From: Malacoraja senta
Lineage: Eukaryota
Assembly (NCBI GenBank): GCA_038087875.1
Contig: CM075977.1
Span: 270,940,001 to 271,004,000 of the forward strand
DNA length: 64,000 nucleotides
Reading direction: 5' to 3'
Position 1 is the first letter of the stretch, and the number at the start of each line of letters is the position of its first letter. The translations under genes were made by a program, and so were the position numbers. Below, piece by piece: positions 26,616 through 39,251 of the stretch. Under the pieces are notes generated by a model that made no database searches, was not told the origin of the DNA, and was given only the letters and a program-made list of their open reading frames with translations.

Positions 26616-26729
26616 ACCAGTCGATCCATTCTTTGACAATTGACACTGGTCAATGTTTTGTCTTTCATAATTTTCAGAAACAAGGAGGAATATTTGAACA
26701 AATTAAGAAACCACAAAATATATGAGCTG

Positions 26730-27475
26730 CTAAACCTTATATTCCACTTGGGTAGCTGACAATCTAACAGTATCAACATTGAATCCTTCAATTTTAAGTA
26801 ATACCTCCAATCCCATCTCCCTTTTCTGTGCCCTTCCCCAGTGCACAATAACTTCTTTAGTCAGAAGGTAGTTAATCTGTGGAACTCATTGCCACAGAGG
26901 GTTGTAGTGGCCAAGTCAGTGGATATTTTTTAAGGCAGAGATAGACTAATTCTTGATTAGAACGGGTGTCAAGGATTATGGGGAGAAAACAGGAAAATGG
27001 GATTAAGAGGCAGTCATGTTTAAATGGCGGAGTGGACTCTAATGCTACTCCTATAACTTGTGAACTTGTGCACATCCATTTCTACCACTATATCACATCT
27101 CTTTCCCTCCTACCCCCCTCCTCTCCCACCCTGTCCCTTTCCACCTATATTCCTCTGTCTAGCTTCACATTTCATTCCTCTTCTCTCCTTCTTTCCTTAT
27201 CTGAAACCCTTTTGTCCCTTTTTCATCCCGAGTCTTTGTCACTTACCCCCCACAACTGCCAATCTACCTGCCCTCATCTGTATCCACCTATCACTTGCCA
27301 GGCTCTGTCCTGCCCCATCCTCTCTTTCCCAGTTTTCCTCTCCCCGCCCCCACCGCTAGTCTACCACAATCAGCCTGAACGAGCGTCCTGAACAAAAATG
27401 TCATCAATCCATTCCCTCCCCGCAGATGCTGCCCAACCTGCGGAGTTACCACAGCACACTGTACTTTGTTTGCGC
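26730..27475 (+). mobile_element. Penelope-like 3' fragment with nested CR1 tail (26855-27068)
   Basis: cttatattccacttgggtagctgacaatct (GIY-YIG end), a pyrimidine-rich stretch and the pLTR tail agatgctgcc...gagttacc. Confidence 0.7.
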
Positions 27476-27696
27476 TTCGAAACGATTAGAAGATTGATGA
27501 AATAATGCCAATGCACCACTAAGAAATTAGGCTGAACCATCTTGATAGAATTCCAATAATTGAGATATTAGTTAGTGCTGGAGGTGTATCAGAACCAACT
27601 CTTAATTGATCTTTTGTATCAAAATACTATTCCATAGATTCCAAGCAATGGAATCTATTGGTAAAGAATCAATGAACCATGATATAATCTGGTAGA

Positions 27697-27790
27697 TAGA
27701 CACAAAATGCTGGAGGAACTCAGCAGGACCGGCAGCATCTCTAGAGAGAGAGAAGGGGTGACATTTCAGATCAAGACCCTTCTTCAGACC
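27697..27790 (-). mobile_element. Solo Penelope pseudo-LTR piece
   Basis: Reverse complement reads GGGTCTGAAGAAGGGTCTTGATCTGAAATGTCACCCC...CAGCATTTTGTGTCTATC. Confidence 0.75.
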
Positions 27791-28210
27791 CTGGTAACCT
27801 GGTAATAAGGTAATACATTTGTCAGCAACTGTTATCTTAAAAAAAACCCTATTCTGACAGAATTAGGATCTTCCAGAAGAAGGCCAGCAAATAAGATGCT
27901 AATACTAGAACGGTTGGGAAATACTCTGCAACAACAATTAAGAATATTGTAAGTTTAATTTTGTAATAGTCCTACTTACTTAGATTTAATTAATAATGGG
28001 ATGTGCGTGTCAATGGAAAGCTAGCATTTGCATCATCCCTTACTGCTCTGTAGTTTTGGAGTGCAGGTCATCGGTGTAAAGCTGGGGTGTGTTCTTGTCC
28101 CATGGCTCTTGCAGTACCCACTGTTCTCAGCCATTTCTGAGGTTGGAATATGGATCATTATTTCAGCACTCTGGCTGAACAAGGCTACCGATACTTCAGC
28201 CTTTTCCTAA

Positions 28211-28465
28211 AGGGCCTGTCCCACTTGGCATCTTTTTTTTGACTGCCGGTATCATTGACTGACGTATTAGGTCATCGAAAAATTTGCGGCGTGATGCGGC
28301 GTGATGTGGTGGTAACGCGGCATGATGATGTATTGACGCGCGGTGTTTTTTCAAGTGTCGCCGCTGGATTTTGTCGCCGCTGGATTTTGAAATGTTCAAA
28401 ATCTTTTGGCGACATTGATATGATGCCGGCAGTCGCCGAAAAAATCGCCAAGTGGGACAGGCCTT
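28211..28465. mobile_element. PIF/Harbinger-type MITE
   Basis: TIR AGGGCCTGTCCCACTTGGC...GCCAAGTGGGACAGGCCTT (imperfect to ~45 bp) flanked by TAA/TTA; CpG-rich interior. Confidence 0.85.
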
Positions 28466-30886
28466 TTAGAAGTCACATTCTGTGCCAGGCCCTCATCACG
28501 GCCTCTTTCTCCTTTCAGCTGGTTAATTGTCTATGATTTGTAGAGGTTTGTAGAGCTTAGATCTGATTTGTTGGTTGTGAGTTCTATTGTCTTGTCTATT
28601 GTTGAACATAAGTTCATAAATTCATAAGTTCTAGGAGCAGAATTAGGCCATTTGGCCCATCAAGTCAACTGCCATTCAATCTTGGCTGAACTATCTTTCC
28701 CTCTCAATCACATTTTCCTGCCTTCGCCCCATAACCACTGGCACCCTTACTAATCAAGAATCCGTCAATCTCCGCTTTAAAAATATCGATCGACTTGGGC
28801 TCCACAGCCGCCTGTGGCACTGAATTCTATAGATTCACCACCCTGTTGCTTTTGTTGTTTAGCATCATGCTGCTTTTGTTGTTTAGCATAGAAATAGTCC
28901 AGTATTGCAGTATCAGTTAACACGTGGGTAATCCATCTGCAAAGCATTTGTTTAGTTTTAAATTGTAAAATTGCCTCTAGTGTGCAGGACAGTGCTAGAG
29001 TTTCGCTGGTCCGCACAGAATCGGTAGGCCAAAGGGCCTATTTCTGCACTCTATCTCTAAACTAAACATAATCAGTGAAAGTAATAATAGATATAACGTA
29101 ATAAACTGTGTATCTATTAGGGAAATGTCAGATTCCAAATCTCCATTTCTCTTTGTGTTATAGGGATGTAATAATGTTTGGATCTGGTGGTGGAATGAGT
29201 TATAAAGCCCTTTCCTGGAACTCCACCCACTGACTTTACAATATCATTTGTAGCAAAGGATAGAAGTCTCCGTCATCTTTCCAATGAAAAATGGAAATAA
29301 TGATCAGTGACTGCGTATGAATCATTAACACTGTTTTCTCTTACCGATCACTCAGCTGGTTAAGGCTGTGAGAAATTTCTATGTACAGATTTGTAGATTA
29401 ATTGGCTTTGATCAAATTGTAAGTTGTCCTTAGTGTCTCGGATAGTGCTAGCGTACGGGGTGATCGCTGGTCGGCGGGGACACGGAGGACCAAAGGGCAT
29501 GTTTCCAAGTTGTACCTCCAAAGTAAAGTCCAAAGACTCCATGCCAGTAATTTGTTTGAATGTCAATGGTGGACAGGAACACTTTCTCATGTTTAATGTT
29601 ATCAACTTAAGAAGCTGTCTAAAAAGCCTGAAAGTTGGATTGTGCCTTTTTTTTTAGCACTTAAACATTTAATTTAGAGCCAGCAGCAATCTGGTCACCC
29701 CCACAAGCTGAACAATTCCCAATGGAACCAGGCTGAATTTGGCGCAGCAGCCAACACCTTGCTCTGCAGCTTTCAGAGTCATAGTCATAGAGTGATACAG
29801 CACAGATACAGGCTCTTGGCCCAACTTGCCCACACCGGCCAACATGTCCCAGCTACACTAGTCCCACCTGAGAAGGTATCAGTCCTTAAAGGTATATGCC
29901 CAGTGGCCATCAGGGAACAGTATTACACATTGTGGTGCTATGACAAAGGCTGCAGGAGAAAGGGACAGAGCTCCACAATTTCCAAGGTGGAGCCTAGCAG
30001 TGCTCGTCATTAACATACATGCCAGGATGGAAGTCCTGTTACTCATTACACATCAGAATACACTAGACTCTCTCCTTTGCCATATCCCAGTGTATAGTAA
30101 GGCTCCTGCCTTCACCCTTCACCAGAACAGCAGAAGAAGATGTCGCAAATTGAGGAGCTGGAGGGAAGAATCAAGGGTGAGGAGAAGGAGGAGATGGTGT
30201 TGACCACAATATACATTTATCCATGACGTCCCTGGTTGCCTTCACACAGACTGACATAAGGAAAACAGGCGAGAGAAACATGTGTTGCAGGGAGATGCAC
30301 CAGACACAAGAGGCCTGAAGTCTAACAGGAGATGCTAGAGATCTGGGTGTGGGGACCTGCATTCGCATTGACCTTGTGGACTTAATTTCTAGTGGACTCA
30401 ATTAACGACCACAATTGGGATCGAGAAGCAAGAAAAATTACAATGTTTGGAATCCAAAACAAAATACTAAGTAGATCAGGTCCTTCAGCCCACTGAGTCT
30501 GCACCGATTCCTCGCACATTAACACTATCCTACACACACTAGGGACAATGTACACCTATACCGAGCCAATTAACCTACAAACTTGTATGGCTTTGGAGTG
30601 TGGCAGGATATAGGGTGCAGGTTGAATCAGGAGTTAAAGTTGGCATGTAATAAAGGTAATGCTTTGGTTGTTATGGGAGATTTCAACATGCAGGTAGACT
30701 GAGAAAATCAGGTTGGGACTGGACCCCAAGAAAGGAAGTTTGTGGAGTGTCTCCATGATGGTTTCTTAGAGCAGCTTGTTAGAGCCTACTAGAGAGAAGG
30801 CAATTCTGGATTTAGTGTTATGTAATGAACCGGATTTGATAAAAGAACATGAGGTTAAGGAGCCATTAGGAGGTAGTGACCATAAT

Positions 30887-32433
30887 ATAGAAACATAGAA
30901 ACATAGAAAATAGGTGCAGGAGGAGGCCATTCGGCTCTTCGAGCCAGCACCGCCATTCATTGTGATCATGGCTGATCGTCCCCTATCAATAACCCGTGCC
31001 TGCCTTCTCCCCATATCACTTGACTCCTAAAGCTCTATCTAACTCTCTCTTAAATCCATCCAGTGACTTGGCCTCCACTGCCCTCTGTGGCAGGGAATTC
31101 CATAAATTCACAACTCTCTGGGTGAAAAAGTTTTTTCTCACCTTAGTCTTAAATGACCTCCCCTTTATTCTAAGACTGTGGCCCTTGGTTCTGGACTCGC
31201 CCCACATTGGGACCATTTTTCCTGCATCTAGCTTGTCCAGTCCTTTTATAATTTTATATGTTTTTATAAGATCCCCCTCATCCTTCTAAACTCCAGTGAA
31301 TACAAGCCTAGTCTTTTCAATCTTTCCTCATATGATAGTCCCGCCATCCCAGGGATCAATCTCGTGAACCTACGCTGCACTGCCTCAATCACAAGGATGT
31401 CCTTCCTCAAATTAGGAGACCAAAACTGTACACAATACTCCAGATGTGGTCTCACCAGAGCCCTATACAACTGCAGAAGAACCTCTTTACTCCTATACTG
31501 AAATCCTCTTGTTATGAAGGCCAACATTCCATTAGCTTTCTTCACTGCCTGCTGTACCTGTAAACCAACTTTCAGTGACTGGTGTACAAGGATGCCCAGA
31601 TCTCGCTGCACCTCCCCCTTATCTAACCTAACCCCATTGAGATAATAATCTTCCCCCTTGTTTTTGCCGCCAAAGTGGATAACCTCACATTTATCTATAT
31701 TATACTGCATCTGCCACGCATCTGCCCATTCACTCAACCTGTCCAGGTCACCCTGCAACCTCCTAACATCCTCTTCACAGTTCACACTGCCACACAGCTT
31801 TGTGTCATCCGCAAACTTGCTAGTGTTGCTCCTAATTCACTCTTTCAAATCATTAATATATATGGTAAACAGTTGCGGCCCCAACACCGAGCCTTGCAGC
31901 ACTCCACTCGCCACTGCCTGCCATTCTGAAAAGGACCCGTTCAATCCTACTCTTTGCTTCCGGTCTGCCAACCAATTTTCTATCCATGTCAACACCTTAC
32001 CAATACCATGTGCTCTAATTTTAGTCACCAGTCTCCCTGGCGGGACCTTATCAAAGGCTTTCTGAAAGTCTAGATACACTACATCCACTGGCACCCCTTC
32101 ATCCATTTTACTTGTCACATCCTCAAAAAATTCCAGAAGATTAGTCAAGCATGATTTCCCTTTCATAAATCCACGTTGACTTGGACTAATCCTTTTACTG
32201 CTATCCAAATGCCCCATTATTACCTCTTTAATAATTGACTCCAGCATCTTTCCCACCATCGAAGTCAGGCTAACTGGTCTGTAATTCCCCGTTTTCTCTC
32301 TCTCTCCTTTCTTGAAAAGTGGGATAACATTAGCTATCCTCCAATCCACAGGAACTGATCCTGAATCTATTGAACATTGGAAAATGATCACCAATTCGTC
32401 CACTATTTCTAGAGCCACCTCCTTGAGGACCCT
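30887..32433 (-). mobile_element. Younger 5'-truncated CR1 nested in the plus-strand CR1
   Basis: ORFs 31837-32439, 31264-31785 and 31016-31216 encode CR1 RT and C-terminus; (aaacatag)n tail at ~30887-30910. Confidence 0.95.
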
Positions 32434-34079
32434 GGTCAAGTTTAATCCACAATTGGGGAGGGAGAAGGGTAAATCGGAGGTGTCGGTGTTACAGTTGAAT
32501 AAAGGGGACTATGGAGCCATGAGGGAGGACCTTGTCAAAGTTGACTGGAAAAATACCCTAGCAGGGATGACAGTGGAACAACAATGGCAGGTATTTCTGG
32601 GAATAATACAGAAGGTGCAGGATCAGTTCTTCCAAAGAGGAAGAAAGATTCCAAGGGGAGTAAGGAGCGACCGTGGCTGACAAGGGACGTCACGGACAGT
32701 ATAAAAATAAAAGAGAAGAAGTACAACGTAGCAAAGATTAGCGGGAAGCAAGAGGATTGGGTAATGTTTAAAGAAGAACAGAAGAGAACTAAAAAGGCAA
32801 TATGGGGAGAAAAGATGAGGTATGAAAGTAAGCTAGCCACGAATATAAAGGAGGATAGTAACAGCTTCTTTTAGTGAAGAGGAAAAAAATAGTTAAGACC
32901 AAAGTTGGACCCTTGAAGACTGAGAAAGGTGAATTTATTATGGGAAAATAAGGAAGTGGCATATGAGTTGAACAGGTACTTTGGATCCGTTTTCACTAAG
33001 GAGGACACAAACAATCTTCCTGATATTCTTGTGGCCAGAGGATCTGGGATGACGGAGAAACTGAAGGAAATCCACATTAGGCAGGAAATGGTGTTAGGTA
33101 GACTGATGGGACTGAAGGCTGATAAATCCCCAGAGCCTGATGGTCTGCATCCCAGGGTACTTAAGGAAGTGGCTCTAGAAATCGTGGATGCATTGGTGAT
33201 GATTTTCCAATGTTCTATAGATTCAGGATCAGTTCCTGTGGATTGGAGGGTAGCTAATGTTATCCCACTTTTTAAGAAAGGCAGGAGAGAGAAAACAGGG
33301 AATTATAGACCAGTTAGCCTGACATCGGTGGTGGGGAAGATGCTGGAGTCAATTATAAAAGATGAAATAGCGACACATTTGGATAGCAGTAACAGGATCG
33401 GTCCGAGTCAGCATGGATTGATGAAGGGGAAATCAGGAATTTTTTGAGGATGTAACTAGGAAAATGGACATGGGAGAGCCAGTGGATGTAGTGTACCTGG
33501 ACTTTCAGAAAGCATTTGATAAGGTCCCACATAGGAGAATAGCGGGCAAAATTAGGGCACATGGTATTGGGGGTAGAGTGCTGACATGGATAGAAAATTG
33601 GTTGGAAGACAGGAAACAAAGGGTAGGGATTAACGGGTCACTTTCAGAATGGCAGGCAGTGACTAGTGAGGTGCCGCAAGGCTCGGTGCTGGGACCGCAG
33701 CTATTTACAATATATATCAATGATTTAGATGAAGGGATTCAAAGTAAAATCAGCAAATTTGCAGATAACACAAAGCTGGGTGGCAGCGTGAACTGTGAGG
33801 AGGATGCTATGAGAACGCAGGGTAACGTGGACAGTTTGGGTGAGTGGGCAGATGCGTGGCTGATGCAGTTTAATGTGGATAAATATGAGCTTATCCACTT
33901 TGGTAGCAAAAACAGGAAGGCAGATTACTATCTAAATGGTGTCAAGTTGGGAAAAGGGGACGTGCAATGTGATCTGGGGGTCCTTGTTCATCAGTCAATG
34001 AAAGTAAGCATGCAGGTACAGCAGGCAGTGAAGAAAGCGAATGGCATGTTGGCCCTTATAACAAGAGGAGTTGAGTATA

Positions 34080-34261
34080 ATAATAATAATAATAAATTTT
34101 ATTTGTGGGCGCCTATACAAAAGTCTCAAGGACACCTTACAGAATAGAACAGAGAAACATATAATCGGAGTAAAATAAGTTATACAGACATCACCAATAC
34201 ACAAATTAAAGACAGAATTCGATTCAAAGACATTTAAAAAAAAATCAGAAACACAATGTGA
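34080..34261 (-). mobile_element. Short LINE 3' end (L2-like) with (TTA)n tail
   Basis: Minus strand GTAAGGTGTCCTTGAGAC...AGGCGCCCACAAATAAAATTTATTATTATT; agtata is duplicated at both junctions. Confidence 0.65.
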
Positions 34262-34900
34262 AGTATAGGAGCAAAGAGGTCCTTCTGCATTTGTGTAGGG
34301 CCCTAGTGAGACCACACCTGGAGTATTGTGTGCAGTTTTGGTCTCCTAATTTGAGGAAGGACATTCTTGCTATTGAGCGAGTGCAGCGTAGGTTTGCAAG
34401 GTTAATTCCCAGGATGGCGGGACTGTCATATGCTTAGAGAATGGAGCGGCTGGGCTTGTTTAGAAGGATGAGAGGGGATCTTATTGAAACATATAAGATT
34501 ATTAAGGGTTTGGACACGCTAGAGGCAGGAAACATGTTCCCGATGCTGGGCGAGTCCAGAACCTGGGGCTACAGTTTATGAATAAGGAGTAAGCCATTTA
34601 GAACGGAGACAAGGACACACTTTTTCTCACAGAGAGTTGTGAGTCTGTGGAATTCTCTGCCTCAGAGGGCGGTGGAGGCCGGTTCTCTGGATACTTTCAA
34701 GAGAGAGCTAGATAGGGCTCTTAAAGATAGCGGAGTCAGGGGATATGGGGAGAAGGCAGGAACGGGGTACTGATTGGGGAAGATCAGCCATGATCACATT
34801 AAATGGCGGTGCTGGCGCGAAGGGCCGAATGGCCTACTCCTGCCCTTATTGTCTATTGTCTATTGAAACTGAAAATCTTGGAGAAAACCCACGCAGTTAT

Positions 34901-35941
34901 TAGCAATGTTACAAAATTTTGAGATTTAAAAAATAAAGTCTGCAATTTATCCCATCAGATAAAGCATAAAAAGAAGTTTAATTTGACACTTAATTCACTT
35001 TCATATCTTCAGTATTAAAAAAGTTATGGCCATTATCATACTCAGAAATTAGCATCTTGTTCCCTATTGCTTTTCCATTGACTTAACACAAAAGCTGTGA
35101 TCGAGGACAGTTAAAAGCCCATAACTTTCTTAAAAATTATGGTAACTGAAAGAAATTTTCAGGTATTATAGATTGAAGCATTCTGAAACAAATATGAAAC
35201 AATCTTACTTCGAAGACATGAAAGTAAAGCATATAATTAGTTAGTTACCTAATTGTAGCTAATTACAAAATTCAATTACTAGATCTAAACATCTATCAAT
35301 TTCTTAAGAATAGATTAACATTTTTAAATAGCCTAAGTGTCCAAATAACATTCACACAATAATTCACAATATAACATAATTTTTAAATCTAATTTTCATG
35401 AATTTACAGGCCAAATGGAAGGAATTGAATGTTTAATACCTGTAAATTAATGGGCATTTAATTCATCTTGCGAGTGAGAATTTCTGGAACGCGATCTTTT
35501 GGAACGTTCATTTGCGGTGAATTTAACCCCGTATTGGCATGAAAAATACTGCCGTTAATTCGGGGAATAAAATCACCGTGTCGCATGAAAAAATGTGAAT
35601 TAAAGGCTTCTTAAGAAGCACTTTTATACATTTAAAGAAAGCACTTTTGTTTACCTGTCCATTGTGTGAAATCCGTCCCCGTTATTGGCGTTGACGCTTC
35701 AGGAGCTGCTTTTAAAATGACTGTAGCGCTGACATTGACGATTTAATTAAAAAAAAAAATTCCCAAAAAGCCGGTAGGAACGATTTTGTCAGCGAAGTTT
35801 TGTACTCCAACAAAATATTTCCAGGACAGGGGAGGTTAAACCGCGTTTTAACCCCGCCCCCCCCTTAAAGGCGCCAAAATCGCGCACACGGCCAGTGGCA
35901 GAATTACAGCGCGACTGAAGGTAAGTTTTGTAACATACCTA
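34901..35941. mobile_element. Non-autonomous TIR DNA transposon with 7-bp TSD
   Basis: Left end TAGCAATGTTACAAAATTT; right end reverse complement TAGGTATGTTACAAAACTT. CAGTTAT at 34894-34900 and 35942-35948. No ORF. Confidence 0.85.
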
Positions 35942-36059
35942 CAGTTATGGGGAGAACGTACAAACTCCATACAGACAGCACCCAGATTGAACCCGGGTCT
36001 CCCGCGCTGCAAGCGTCGTAAGGCAGCAACTCTAACGTTGTGCCACCATGCCATGCCTC

Positions 36060-36870
36060 TGCTTTCTGTTTTAATGCAGTGTTGGAATTTAATACAGAGA
36101 GATGTGAAGTGTTGCATTTTGGAAAGGGTAACATGAGCAGGACCTAAACAGTGAACGGTAGGACACTGGGAAGTGTCGTAGAGCAGAGAGATGTAGGAGT
36201 GCAGGTACATAGTTCCTTGAAGGTGGCGTCACAGGTGGATGGGGTAGTCTAAAAGGCTTTTGACACATTGGACTTCATCAGTATTGAGTATAGATGTTGG
36301 GAGGTATTGTTGCAGTTAAACAAGACGTCGGCGAGGCTGCATTTAGAGTATTGTCTTCAGTTTTGGACACCATGTTATAGGACAGATGTTGTCAAGTTGG
36401 AAAGGGTGCAGAGAAGATTTACAAGGATGTTGCCAAGAATCAAGTGTCTGAGACATAGGGAGAGGTTGAGTAGGCTGGGACTCTATTCCCTGTTGTGCAG
36501 GAGGATGAGGGGTGATCTTATAGAGGTGCATAAAATCATGCGAGGACTAGATCGGGTGGACACATCGAGTCTCTAGCCCCGAGTAGGGAAATCGAGAACC
36601 AGAGGCATAGGTTCAAGGTGAAGTGGGAAAGATGTTATAGGAATCTGAGGGGCAACTTTTTCACACAAAGGGTGGTGGGTGCATGGAACGTGCTGCTGGA
36701 GGAGGTAGTTGAGGCTACGTTTAAGAGGCAATTAGACAGGTGATAGGACTGGTTTAGAGGGATATGGGCCAAGAGCAGGCAAGTTTGACTAGTGTAGATG
36801 GGAGAAGTTGGTTGTTGTGGGCAAGTTGGGCCAAATAACCCATTTCCACATTGTATGACACTATGACTGA
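36060..36870 (+). mobile_element. CR1 3' portion
   Basis: ORF 36268-36576 encodes RLHLEYCLQFWTP...LERVQRRFTRMLP; CR1 3' UTR follows. Confidence 0.9.
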
Positions 36871-37344
36871 ACCCTGCAAATATTGGCCCATTCTGACCAT
36901 CATGCACAGCATGATATACTCCTTGTGCCGCTGGTATACTATTTGTGCCACTGCTTGTCCATACTGCCTGCATCTCACGCAATGTGAGCTCATGCATTTA
37001 CATTGAGAGAGAAAAAAAACTTAAATCATAAGCAGTGTTGCTCAGGGGGACCTGGAAGTCCTTATATACTTATTACTGAATGTCAACATAGAGGTTCAAC
37101 AAGCAATTAGGAAGCAGAATAGTAGGCTGCACTTCATTGTAAGAGATTTTGAATAGCAGGACAAAGACATCTTGATCCAATTACGTAGGGCCCCGGTGAG
37201 CTTGCATCTGGAATATCGTAGACAGATCAGGTGTCTCTACCTTTGGAAAGGAATCACTTGCAACAGAGACAGTGCAGCACAGGTTCACCAGACTGATTCC
37301 TGGGGATGGCAGGTTTATCATATGAAAAGAGTTTAAATGATTAA

Positions 37345-37637
37345 AGGCCATGTCCCACTTTCCCGAGTTACTCACGAATTTTCCCGAGTTTTCCCCTTGA
37401 TTCAAACTTGGAGAATGTCCGTAGCGAGGCCGTAGGAGTCCGTAGATATTTTGTGGCGGCTCATAATGCCAGCTGTAGGTAAGTCGGCACTTTTTTTTAG
37501 CATGTTGAAAAATGTCCACGCGTAAAAAAAATAGCCCCGAGTACCTACGACTGGCTATTACCGTAATTCTCCGAGTTTGAATCAAGGGGAAAACTCGGGA
37601 GAATTTGTGAGAAACTCGGGAAAGTGGGACAAGCCCT
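37345..37637. mobile_element. PIF/Harbinger-type MITE
   Basis: ~75-bp TIRs starting AGGCCATGTCCCACTTTCCCGAG and ending CTCGGGAAAGTGGGACAAGCCCT, with TAA on both sides. Inserted in an old CR1. Confidence 0.88.
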
Positions 37638-38249
37638 TAAGAGGTAATCTTATTGAAATGCACACATTTCTTCAGATGCTGGACAGGATAGATGTGACGT
37701 TGATGTTTCCCCTGGCGGCCATGTCAAGAAACGTATAGTATGTTAAGATCTCAAAGAATCGGCCATTCAAAATTTACATGTAAAGCAATTTTAGATGAAA
37801 AGACGTTGGACACATTTGGATTGTTTCCTCCAGAATACAGAAGCTTTGGGGAGACCTGATAGACGTATATAAAAAGAGGCAAAGATAGAGTAGACATGCA
37901 GAACCTTTTTCCCATGGTGGAAATGTCAAAGATTAGAGGGCATAGATTTATGGTGCGAGTCGCAAATTTTAAAGAAGGGCGTGGCAATTTTTTTTTTCAC
38001 CGAGAGTGGTAGATGTGTGAAATGTGCTGCCAGGGGTGGTTGTGGAGGCTGATACAATAATGGTATTTAAGAGGCCTTTAGATAGGCACATGGATATTGC
38101 AGGGAATGGAGGGATGTGGATCACATGTAGGCAGAGGAGATTAACCTGACATCATGTTCAGCAGAGACATTGTGGGCTGAAGGGCTTGTCCTGTGTATTC
38201 CATGTTCTATAATCTCAGATGGGAGTGAATCTTTGGAATTCTTGATTCA

Positions 38250-38542
38250 GGGCGGCACGGTGGCGCAACAGTAGAGTTGCTGCCTTAATGCGCTTGCAGC
38301 GCTGGAGACCCGGGTTCGTTCCAGACTATGGGTGTTGTCTGTACGGAGTTTGTACTTTCTTCCCGTGACTGCGTGGATTTTCTCCGAGATCTTCGGTTTC
38401 TTCCCACACTCCAAAGACATATGTATGTAAATTATCCCCAGTGTGTGTAGGATAGTATTAATGTGTGTGGGGGTCGCTGGTCGGCGCGGACTCGGTGGGC
38501 CGAAGGGTCTGTTTCCGCACTGTATCTCAAAACTAAACTAAA
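38250..38542 (+). mobile_element. V-SINE
   Basis: GGGCGGCACGGTGGCGCA head, V-domain and actaa tail. Confidence 0.9.
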
Positions 38543-39251
38543 GTTGAAACTGCTTGATATTTGGCTATTAAAGGAATCAAAAGATGTAGGAAATTGGGAC
38601 TGAGGCAAAAGATCAGCCATGAATTTATTGAATGGCAGAGAAGGCAAGAGGGATGGATTGGAATACTTCTACCTCGTGCATTTACTCCATGCCTATCATT
38701 GTAATGGTAAATAGTGAAGGCAAGGGCAAATCACCATCATTCTTCAAAATGCTGGTTTATTTAAGTTTAGTTTAGTTTAGTTTAGTTTATTGTCACGTGT
38801 ACCAGTTTAGTTTATTATCGTGTACCGAGGAACAAATAAAAGCTTTTGTTGTGTGCTAACCAGTCAGCAGAAAGACAATACATGATTACAATTGATCCAT
38901 TTACAGTGTATAGATACATGAAAAGGGAATAACGTTTAGTGCAAGGTAAAGCCAGCAAAGTCTGATCAAGGCTAGTCCAAGGGTCACCAAAGAGGTAGAT
39001 AATAGTTCAGCACTGCTCTCTGGTTGTGGTAGGATGCTCCTCTGGGATAGTCCAGACACTTAAAATACATCTCAGCATTAAGATGGCTTGTTGATTTTGC
39101 CAATAAAGATACCATTGGCTGTGGAACTCTTGGGCTTCATTGGGTGTGGATGAAAACTCCAGTGATTGAGCTAAGGGCTCCCTGGTTGCCACACTGGTTT
39201 AGTCTATCATTCCCTGTGATAGAACAGCAAATCCAAGTCCTTTCTAGTTCT

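Larger units (their letters stand above)
30610..34865 (+). mobile_element. CR1 LINE (endonuclease end, RT, 3' tail) interrupted by two insertions
   Basis: APE motifs VMGDFN, ILDLVL and GSDHN at 30660-30888; RT ORFs 32929-33447 and 33464-34147 (YLDFQKAFD, VPQGSVLGP, KFADN); (ctattgt)n tail at ~34845-34865. Confidence 0.93.
30476..36058 (-). mobile_element. V-SINE split into three pieces (30476-30608, 34866-34900, 35942-36058)
   Basis: The pieces join into one continuous SINE consensus once the CR1 and the TIR element are removed. Confidence 0.8.

Noticed and set aside
28843-28890. Short tandem duplications (also 44325-44375 and 41685-41750)
   Set aside because: Ordinary local duplications with no further structure.
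31658-32065. Antisense ORFs over CR1 and L1 copies
   Set aside because: They are shadow ORFs on the opposite strand of reverse-transcriptase coding sequence.
38250-38330. tRNA-like sequences here and at other SINE heads
   Set aside because: They are 5' heads of V-SINEs, continuous with the V-domain and LINE-like tail, not tRNA genes.
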